A DNA stretch of 32,338 nt, taken from NCBI GenBank assembly GCA_003501485.1, contig DNPJ01000012.1, positions 5,624 to 37,961 of the forward strand, in the 5' to 3' direction. The notes under the pieces were generated by a model. That model was not told the origin of the DNA. It ran no database searches and worked only from the letters and a program-made list of their open reading frames with translations. The translations under genes and the position numbers were made by a program. Shown one piece after another: positions 25,525-32,338 of the stretch (position 1 is its first letter; every line of letters starts with the position of its first letter). This DNA is from Bacillota bacterium. GTDB lineage: Bacteria > Bacillota_I > Bacilli_A > RFN20 > CAG-826.

Positions 25525-26221
25525 ATGCTTGTATTTTGTCAATAAATTTGTGCGTTGCTTTATATATTATTAAAGTAACAATGATAACAATTACATCTTT
25601 TATAGCATTGAATGGTAAAACCGCAAACAAACCATATCCCCATTTAATATCATTAATATTTGGATTAGCAAGTTGGCATATTTTAAGAAGTTGTTCCTCA
25701 CTCATGTTGTATACGAAAAGATAAAATGGGATCATTACAAAGATGTTAACAAAGAAAGAAACAACTAATTGACACATTGTACCCACAAATAAACCCAATA
25801 AAGCACCTTTAATATTGCGATGCTTTTTATATATAAATGCTGAAGGAAGAATAAAAACGATAGAATATATAAAATCTGATAATTCACCAACTGTTAAAGA
25901 AGAAGAAAAAGGAAGTTTTATCAACGTTTTTACTAATAGAACTCCAAAAGCAGATAATGGACCATACGCAAATCCCGCTATTAAGGCAGGTATTTCATCA
26001 AAATGAAATTCTAAAAATTGTGGAAAGAAAACAATTGGAAACTTAAAAACCGGAACAACATAAAGTACAGTAGATATAACTCCAAAAATAGCAATTCTAA
26101 CAATAGTTTTTGTTACATTTGAATACTCAGTCTTCTTTTTGTTTTTTGATACAATTTTTAACAAAATAAAAAACCATAAAATCAAAAGTGCTGCGAAAGA
26201 AATTGTTTTTACTTTATCCAT
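25523..26221 (-). CDS. ribU: ECF-transporter S component, riboflavin-specific (RibU-like)
   Basis: 232 aa. FLEFHFDEIPALIAGFAYGPLSA and VLPFNAIKDVIVIIV align with B. subtilis RibU (LKIDFSDVPAIIAILIYGPLAG, ILPFNMIKGIVITVV). It is preceded by an FMN riboswitch. Confidence 0.85.
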   Translation of the reverse strand: MDKVKTISFAALLILWFFILLKIVSKNKKKTEYSNVTKTIVRIAIFGVISTVLYVVPVFKFPIVFFPQFLEFHFDEIPALIAGFAYGPLSAFGVLLVKTLIKLPFSSSLTVGELSDFIYSIVFILPSAFIYKKHRNIKGALLGLFVGTMCQLVVSFFVNIFVMIPFYLFVYNMSEEQLLKICQLANPNINDIKWGYGLFAVLPFNAIKDVIVIIVTLIIYKATHKFIDKIQA

Positions 26222-26364
26222 AAAAAATACCCTTATTCAGGGCACAAAAGAAATGTTTCTTTCATCCAGACTTTACTGTCGCCTCTAGAATTTCACTAGA
26301 TCAACCTAATAATTAGGTTCGTAGGGTTTACTACCGGTCAGGAATTTCACCTTGCCCTGAAACA
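26222..26364 (-). promoter_or_regulatory. FMN riboswitch (RFN element) plus expression platform
   Basis: Minus strand: UGUUUCAGGGCAAGGUGAAAUUCCUGACCGGUAGUAAACCCUACGAACC...GGUUGAUCUAGUGAAAUUCUAGAGGCGACAGUAAAGUCUGGAUGAAAGAAACA (aptamer about 26254-26364, P1 UGUUUC/GAAACA). This matches the conserved RFN core. The platform is UGCCCU-GAAUA-AGGGUA + UUUUU, immediately before the ATG. Confidence 0.92.
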
Positions 26365-26369
26365 ATTAA

Positions 26370-26378
26370 AGTATAACA
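26370..26378 (-). promoter_or_regulatory. Extended -10 (TGtTATACT) for the FMN riboswitch-ribU transcript
   Basis: It ends about 6 nt upstream of the first P1 nucleotide of the aptamer and overlaps the last codons and stop of rsmG. The -35 is poor. Confidence 0.4.
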
Positions 26379-26381
26379 CAC

Positions 26382-27086
26382 TTATAATGGGTTGGATGAT
26401 ATTTTTGAAAATTCACGAGGGAATCGCTTTTTAGTATTTTTAATCTTTTTAATAATTAATAAACTCCTTTTATCAACATTGTTTGGGAGTTCATATTTAT
26501 AAATTGTTTCAATTTTTGAATCTAATTGAGTTAATGCATTTTTTGCATCAAGTATTTCTTTTTCAACATCAAATAATTTATAAGCTAATAATTCCCCGTT
26601 AACTTTGCATAAAGGAATTGCTAATTCAACTAAAATATTTAGTCGTGTCATTGCTCTTGCAGTGACATAATTAAAATTATTTTTTAAGTTGTTTAATTCT
26701 TCTGCTCTTTTGTTTATGATATTAACATTTTTTAGTTTTAATTCATTGGTCACCAATTTTAAAAAGCTAACTTTTTTGCCATTTGATTCCACTAATGTGA
26801 CATTTAGAGCAGGAAACATAATTGCTAATACCAAACCAGGAAAACCTGCTCCTGTTCCTAAATCACATAATGTTTTTTTATTGAAATCAACAAATTTAGC
26901 AGCATACAAAGAATCTATAAAATGCTTATACAAAACACTTTCTTCATCTTCAATTGATGTTAAATTGAATTTTTTATTCGTTTCTAGAAGCAATTTTTCA
27001 TATGTTTCAAAATTGAATAATGTTTCATCATCAACATCTATTTTTAATTCATCTTCAATAAATTTCTTGATTAATATCTTATTCAT
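26382..27086 (-). CDS. rsmG: 16S rRNA (guanine527-N7)-methyltransferase
   Basis: 234 aa. SAM motif DLGTGAGFPGLVLAI and GidB pattern. 8-nt overlap with mnmG. Confidence 0.93.
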   Translation of the reverse strand: MNKILIKKFIEDELKIDVDDETLFNFETYEKLLLETNKKFNLTSIEDEESVLYKHFIDSLYAAKFVDFNKKTLCDLGTGAGFPGLVLAIMFPALNVTLVESNGKKVSFLKLVTNELKLKNVNIINKRAEELNNLKNNFNYVTARAMTRLNILVELAIPLCKVNGELLAYKLFDVEKEILDAKNALTQLDSKIETIYKYELPNNVDKRSLLIIKKIKNTKKRFPREFSKISSNPL

Positions 27087-28953
27087 AATTGTTTTTCTTA
27101 ATATTTAAAATCAATACTGAAATATCACTTGGGTTAACGCCAGAAATTCTGCTCGCTTGTCCAATCGTTAGAGGTTTAACTTTGTCAAGTTTTTGCCTTG
27201 CTTCAAGGGCTAATCCGTGCATGGATAAATAATCAATATCATTTGGAATTTTGTAATTATCAAATTTATCAAAACTATTTGCTTCTTTTTGTTCTCTTTT
27301 TATATAGCCTTCATATTTGACCATAATCTCAAGCTGCGAAACACCAATATAATCAAGAGGTACTTCATGAAGTTCTTCTACTAAGTCATATACATTTTGA
27401 TATTTAACATTTTGACGTTTTAAAAATTCGGCACCACTGACACCAGCAGTTAAAGTTTCTAAACCATGACTCGCTAGATAATCATTAGTTTTTTTGTTTG
27501 CGCCTAAATATGTTTTATTTAATATTTGCAAGGATTTTTGAATATTTTGATTTTTTTCTAGAAACTTCTGATATCGTTCTTCGCTAATTAAACCAAGATT
27601 ATGTCCATACTCAGTTAAGCGCAAATCAGCATTATCATGTCTTAACAAAAGTCGATATTCAGCTCGTGAAGAAAGCAAACGATATGGATCGTTAACTCCT
27701 TTGGTTACAATATCGTCAATCATTACGCCGATATAGGACTCGTTTCTTTTTAAAATAAATGGCTCTTTATTCAAAACATAAAGCGCAGCATTAATACCAG
27801 CAATAAGCCCTAGACCTGCTGCTTCTTCATATCCTGATGTTCCGCATATTTGCCCAGCACCATATAATCCATTATATTTTTTAACTTTCAACGTTAAATC
27901 AAATTGCTCTGGTTTTATTGCATCATATTCGATTGCATACGCATATTTTAAAAATTGTGCATTCTCCATTCCTATTAATGAATGAACCATTTTTTCTTGA
28001 ATATCTTCGCTCATCGCAGTCGAAAAACCTTGCAAATAAATTGATTCACCATCTTTAAACTCAGGTTCAAGAAATAGTTGATGTCTAGTTTTATCAACAA
28101 ATGTCATTACTTTGCTTTCGATAGATGGGCAATATCTTGGTCCTATTCCTGTTTGGATACCATTATATGTTGCAGTTTTGTCCAAATTAGAACGAATAAT
28201 CTCGTGTGTTTTTTCATTAGAATAAATTAAATAACAAGGAAGTTGTTGACTAAGCGGAATAAAAGTATTTGTAGTATATGAAAACGCTAATTTCCCATCC
28301 ATTCCATATTGAGGAATAGCTTTTGAAAAATCGATTGATGATTTTTTGATTCTTGGAGGGGTGCCAGTTTTAAATCTAACAATTTCAATTCCCATTTTTT
28401 GAAGAGATTTTGACAAACCAATAGAAGGTTTTTCTCCATCAGGTCCACCAGAAAATACTGTTGTTCCACGAAGAATTTTGCTTTCCATATATGTTCCAGT
28501 AGCAATAACAACAGCCTTAGAATATATATAATCCCCATTATCTAAAATTACACCAAACACTTCTTTATCATTATGAATCAAATCAACTACTTGGCCTTCT
28601 AAAATTGTTAAGTTGGAAACATTTTGAAGCATTGTTTGCATATAATGCGGATAAAAATATTTATCTTCTTGAGCTCTTAGACATTGTACGCCAGGACCTT
28701 TTCCGGTATTAAGCATTTTCATCTGAAGATATTCGTGATCTGCAGCGATTCCCATCATTCCGCCAAGTGCGTCTACTTCGCGAACAACTATTCCTTTTGC
28801 GCTTCCTCCAATGGAAGGATTGCAAGGCATATTTGATATCATTTTTTTATTTAAAGTAATCAAAAGAGTTGAAAGACCCATGTGCGCACATGCTGCACAC
28901 GCTTCAACACCTGCATGACCGCCCCCAACAACAATTACATCAAATCTAGTCAT
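27079..28953 (-). CDS. mnmG: tRNA uridine 5-carboxymethylaminomethyl modification enzyme MnmG (GidA)
   Basis: 624 aa. FAD motif VIVVGGGHAGVEA and full-length GidA pattern. Confidence 0.97.
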   Translation of the reverse strand: MTRFDVIVVGGGHAGVEACAACAHMGLSTLLITLNKKMISNMPCNPSIGGSAKGIVVREVDALGGMMGIAADHEYLQMKMLNTGKGPGVQCLRAQEDKYFYPHYMQTMLQNVSNLTILEGQVVDLIHNDKEVFGVILDNGDYIYSKAVVIATGTYMESKILRGTTVFSGGPDGEKPSIGLSKSLQKMGIEIVRFKTGTPPRIKKSSIDFSKAIPQYGMDGKLAFSYTTNTFIPLSQQLPCYLIYSNEKTHEIIRSNLDKTATYNGIQTGIGPRYCPSIESKVMTFVDKTRHQLFLEPEFKDGESIYLQGFSTAMSEDIQEKMVHSLIGMENAQFLKYAYAIEYDAIKPEQFDLTLKVKKYNGLYGAGQICGTSGYEEAAGLGLIAGINAALYVLNKEPFILKRNESYIGVMIDDIVTKGVNDPYRLLSSRAEYRLLLRHDNADLRLTEYGHNLGLISEERYQKFLEKNQNIQKSLQILNKTYLGANKKTNDYLASHGLETLTAGVSGAEFLKRQNVKYQNVYDLVEELHEVPLDYIGVSQLEIMVKYEGYIKREQKEANSFDKFDNYKIPNDIDYLSMHGLALEARQKLDKVKPLTIGQASRISGVNPSDISVLILNIKKNNYE

Positions 28954-30350
28954 TATCCAATGCTTCCATCCATATCCATTTTAATTAGTTGATTTAATTC
29001 AACCGCATATTCCATTGGTAGTTCTTTTGAAAACGGTTCGATAAATCCCATGATAATCATTTGTGTGGCATCTTTTTTAGACATCCCTCTACTCATTAAA
29101 TAAAATAGTTGATCTTCATTAATCTTGCTGACTGTAGCTTCGTGTTCAATAAAAGAAGTGTTATTCATTACCATGTTTGTTGGAATTGTATCGCTCTTTG
29201 AAACATCATCTAAAATCAAAGTATCACATTCAATATGTGATTTGCAGTTTAATGCATTTTTCACATGTCTTACAGTGCCACGATAATTTGCTACACCACC
29301 GTTTTTAACTATCGATTTTGAAATAATTGTCGATGATGTATTGCTTGCTAAATGTATCATTCTTGCGCCTGCGTCTTGGTATTGATTTTTTCCAGCAACT
29401 GCAATTGAAATGCAATTTCCTCTGGCACCTTCTCCAGCAAGTATACATGCAGGATATTTCATATTTGTTTGACTACCGATGTTCCCATCGATCCAATCCA
29501 TTTGACCATTTTCTCCAACCCATGCTCGCTTTGTAACTAAATTTATAATATTTGTTGACCAGTTTTGAACAGTTGAATAACGACATTTTGCATCTTTTAA
29601 TACAACTATTTCTACAACAGCGGCATGCAATGAGTCTTTGCTATAAATAGGGGCTGTGCAACCTTCAACATAATGAACATCAGCACCTTCGTCGACAACA
29701 ATAAGTGTGCGTTCAAATTGCCCACTTTTTTCATTATTAATTCTAAAATAAGATTGAAGTGGTTTATCAAGTTTTACACCTTTTGGAACATAAATAAACG
29801 AACCACCCGACCATACGGCACCGTTAAGTGCGGCGAATTTATTATCTCTAAAAGGAACAACACTATTAAAATATTTTCTTACAATATCAGGGCATACCTT
29901 TAAAGCTTGATCTGTTGAAAGGAAAATAACACCTTTATCTTCAACTTCTTTAAGCATGTTATGGTAAACGGCTTCGCTTTCATATTGTGTCGTTACACCA
30001 GATAAATATTTTTGCTCAGCCTCAGGAATTCCTAACTTTTGAAACGTATTTTTTATAGTCTCAGGAACTTTATCCCAGTCTTTTTCAACTTTTTTACTTG
30101 GCCTAATAAAATAAGTATAAGAATTAAAATCAAGACTTGATAAATCTGGACCAAATGATGGCATTGGAAGTTCTAAAAAAGCCTTATACGCTTTAAGACG
30201 AAATTCAAGCATCCATTCTGGTTCATTTTTTAGTTTCGATATTTCTCTAACAACTTCTTCAGTTAAACCTTTTCCAGTGTTAAAAACCGAAACATCTTTA
30301 TCTTTGAAACCGTACTTGTAATCTTGATTATCTAATATTTTCTTTTCCAT
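28953..30350 (-). CDS. sufB: Fe-S cluster assembly scaffold SufB
   Basis: 465 aa, canonical SufB pattern through to the C-terminal [22 protein letters not shown]. Its stop overlaps the mnmG ATG by 1 nt (TAATG). Confidence 0.97.
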   Translation of the reverse strand: MEKKILDNQDYKYGFKDKDVSVFNTGKGLTEEVVREISKLKNEPEWMLEFRLKAYKAFLELPMPSFGPDLSSLDFNSYTYFIRPSKKVEKDWDKVPETIKNTFQKLGIPEAEQKYLSGVTTQYESEAVYHNMLKEVEDKGVIFLSTDQALKVCPDIVRKYFNSVVPFRDNKFAALNGAVWSGGSFIYVPKGVKLDKPLQSYFRINNEKSGQFERTLIVVDEGADVHYVEGCTAPIYSKDSLHAAVVEIVVLKDAKCRYSTVQNWSTNIINLVTKRAWVGENGQMDWIDGNIGSQTNMKYPACILAGEGARGNCISIAVAGKNQYQDAGARMIHLASNTSSTIISKSIVKNGGVANYRGTVRHVKNALNCKSHIECDTLILDDVSKSDTIPTNMVMNNTSFIEHEATVSKINEDQLFYLMSRGMSKKDATQMIIMGFIEPFSKELPMEYAVELNQLIKMDMDGSIG

Positions 30351-30352
30351 AA

Positions 30353-30796
30353 TTATTTATGTTCATGGTGATGACACAAAATATCATCTAATCCATCCCA
30401 CCCAATTGTAGCGCATTTAATTCTAGCTGCTTGCTTAGATGTATTCATAAAAACAATAGCTTCATCTAAAACTGATGCATCATATTCTTCTTCGTGAATC
30501 ATTTTCTTATATTGTTCAATTATATATTTGGCTTCATCATAAGATTTTCCAATAACTAAACCACACATAATATCTGTTGATGCAGTTGAAATCGTACATG
30601 CAACGCCATCGAAAAAACAATCTTCAATTATTCCATCCTTTTGCAAAACATAAACGATTATATCATCGATACAGTTTGTAGAATCCATATGTATAGATTC
30701 ATAATTCTTGTTATCAGGAGCATGCTTATGTTGAGGATTTTCGTAATGATCCATGATAATTTGTCTCATCATTTGAGGGCTAAGCGAAATAGGCAT
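30353..30796 (-). CDS. sufU: SUF-type Fe-S assembly/sulfur-transfer protein SufU (IscU/NifU-like)
   Basis: 147 aa, [12 protein letters not shown], with conserved Cys in NCID, ACTIS and IKCA contexts. Confidence 0.9.
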   Translation of the reverse strand: MPISLSPQMMRQIIMDHYENPQHKHAPDNKNYESIHMDSTNCIDDIIVYVLQKDGIIEDCFFDGVACTISTASTDIMCGLVIGKSYDEAKYIIEQYKKMIHEEEYDASVLDEAIVFMNTSKQAARIKCATIGWDGLDDILCHHHEHK

Positions 30797-32012
30797 CTAA
30801 AAAGTCACCACCATTCTTTAAAACTTCGACCAAATAGTCGATATCTTCTTTTGTTGTATAAAAATATAAAGAAGCTCGGCACGTTGCCACTTCTTTCAAA
30901 AACGAAACCAAAATTTTTGCACAATGTTGTCCGCTTCTTAAAGCAATACCTTTACTATTAAGATAAGTAGCTAAATCTTGAGCAAAAATACCTTTTATAT
31001 TAAATGTTATAATTCCACTGTCAGCATGTTCATTATATATCAAAATATTTGGGATTTGCTTAAATTTTGATATAGCATATGTTCTTAATTCTTGTTCGTA
31101 TTCATGTATATTTTCAATACCAATATTATTAATATATTCAACAGCGGCTTTTAATCCATAAATGCCTTCAATATTTAGTGTTCCTGCTTCAAATTTTGCT
31201 GGTGGATTTAAATATTTAACATCTCCACACATTTCAAATTTTGCATTCATTCCACCGCCAGATAATAATGGATCCATTTTATCAAGAAGGTCATATTTTC
31301 CGTAAATACATCCTATACCGGTTGGACCGCACATTTTATGCCCGGAAAACGCTAAAAAATCAACATCTAAATCTTTAACATCGATTTTCATGTGAGGAAC
31401 AGATTGTGCACCGTCACAAACAACAATAATGTTGTTTTTGTGTGCTATTTTACAAATTCCTTTTATATCAACAGTAAAACCAAGAACATTTGTCACCTGA
31501 GCAATAGATATAATTTTTGTTTTACTACTTATTGATTTTTCAACATTTTCAAGTGTGAGTCTTCCTTCTTCGTTCAAAGGAATATATTTAATTTTAGCAC
31601 CAGTAATGCTTGCAACTTTAAACCAAGGTAAAATATTTGAGGCATGTTCTGCTTCAGTTAATAAAATTTCATCATCTTTAGTTAAGAATTTAGCTCCATA
31701 ACCATATGCAATCATATTTAGTGACATTGAAGCGCCACTTGTAAAAACGATTTCATTTGCATCAGCATTAATAAAATTTCCAATTGTTTTTCTCGCTTCT
31801 TCAATTTTTAGATCAGTATGATAACACAAATCGTAATCACCTCTATGGGAATTAGATGTTTCAAAAGATAAATACTGATCTACTGCTTTTATAACTGAGT
31901 AGGGTTTAAATGTTGTTGAAGCATTATCTAAAAAAACCAAATCATGATTTTGCATTTTGGTTTTGTTTACATACATTGGAAAATCTTTTCTAATCTTATA
32001 AGGATCAATCAT
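30780..32012 (-). CDS. sufS: Cysteine desulfurase SufS (class V aminotransferase, group II)
   Basis: 410 aa. PLP-lysine region FSGHKMCGPTGIG and catalytic loop RSGQHCA. Confidence 0.95.
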   Translation of the reverse strand: MIDPYKIRKDFPMYVNKTKMQNHDLVFLDNASTTFKPYSVIKAVDQYLSFETSNSHRGDYDLCYHTDLKIEEARKTIGNFINADANEIVFTSGASMSLNMIAYGYGAKFLTKDDEILLTEAEHASNILPWFKVASITGAKIKYIPLNEEGRLTLENVEKSISSKTKIISIAQVTNVLGFTVDIKGICKIAHKNNIIVVCDGAQSVPHMKIDVKDLDVDFLAFSGHKMCGPTGIGCIYGKYDLLDKMDPLLSGGGMNAKFEMCGDVKYLNPPAKFEAGTLNIEGIYGLKAAVEYINNIGIENIHEYEQELRTYAISKFKQIPNILIYNEHADSGIITFNIKGIFAQDLATYLNSKGIALRSGQHCAKILVSFLKEVATCRASLYFYTTKEDIDYLVEVLKNGGDFLDAYFA

Positions 32013-32338
32013 TTAAATTGCCTCCTCAATTGCTTTTTTGATTTTTTCTTTGTTTTCGGCGTTAAATAGTTTGCTTATTGGTTCCAAATAACCAAGTGTA
32101 ATTAATTGTCTTGCGTCTTCTTTACTTAAACCACGTGACATCAAATAAAACATGTGATCAGAATTTAATTGTCCAACAATCGCAGCGTGAGATGCTTTTA
32201 CGTCATTTTCATCTATCTTCAAAATAGGTGAAGCAATACCAACTGCGTTCCTATCAAAAACAATAATTTTGGCGTTTTGAGAAGTAACAGATTTTTTAGC
32301 ACCTGTTTTAATATGATTAATTCCTGAAAAAACAATCT
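32013..32338 (-). CDS. sufD: Fe-S assembly protein SufD, C-terminal part (gene runs off the right edge)
   Basis: The track's M at 32222 is an internal TTG. The frame stays open to the window edge (...GAKKSVTSQNAKIIVFDRNAVGIASPILKIDENDVKASHAAIVGQLNSDHMFYLMSRGLSKEDA), which matches the SufD C-terminal pattern. Confidence 0.85.
   Translation of the reverse strand, partial: IVFSGINHIKTGAKKSVTSQNAKIIVFDRNAVGIASPILKIDENDVKASHAAIVGQLNSDHMFYLMSRGLSKEDARQLITLGYLEPISKLFNAENKEKIKKAIEEAI

Noticed and set aside
25327-25542. 71-aa Arg/His-rich minus-strand ORF
   Set aside because: It is antisense to the 56-aa ferredoxin, which has a promoter, SD, Cys motif and terminator. The minus ORF spans the terminator hairpin and has no SD.
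1-32338. Scan for CRISPR arrays, IS elements or integrases, tRNA/rRNA genes, toxin-antitoxin pairs, restriction-modification or other known defence genes, and genetic code 4
   Set aside because: No regularly spaced direct repeats, no transposase or recombinase ORFs, no tRNA-like T-arm motifs and no defence-type domains were recognised. TGA terminates several well-supported genes, so code 4 is excluded.

Overview
Strongly AT-rich, very gene-dense chromosomal segment, transcribed almost entirely from the minus strand. It comes from a low-GC Firmicutes/Mollicutes-lineage bacterium using the standard code: TGA is a stop (19989-19991, 20570-20572) and Trp is TGG. I support about 38 CDS, a type-B RNase P RNA (rnpB), an FMN riboswitch, three intrinsic terminators and several promoter or operator candidates. 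Two CDS are absent from the ORF track: an edge-truncated hypB-like GTPase and a 56-aa ferredoxin. Most of the window is housekeeping, arranged as compacted Bacillus-type synteny blocks: pgsA-cinA-recA-rny-ymdB-miaB-ymcA, then miaA-tcdA-fhs; gpsB-rnpB; recU / nth-dnaD; cmk-der-hup; sufDSUB running into mnmG-rsmG. I saw no CRISPR array, transposase or integrase, tRNA/rRNA gene, or recognisable defence island. The only accessory-looking part is about 0.6-8.5 kb. It holds a membrane-embedded XRE regulator coupled to a surface M6-type metalloprotease lipoprotein, DegV, and two tandem fused ATPase-FtsX (MacB-type) transporters with very large unassignable extracytoplasmic domains. These two modules are my best candidates for undescribed biology, followed by a head+neck-only class II nucleotidyltransferase with an apparently leaderless promoter, a DEDDh exonuclease coupled to RecU, and rnpB wedged without spacers between mRNA genes. 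All of these are hypotheses from reading the sequence. No database search or folding computation was run.
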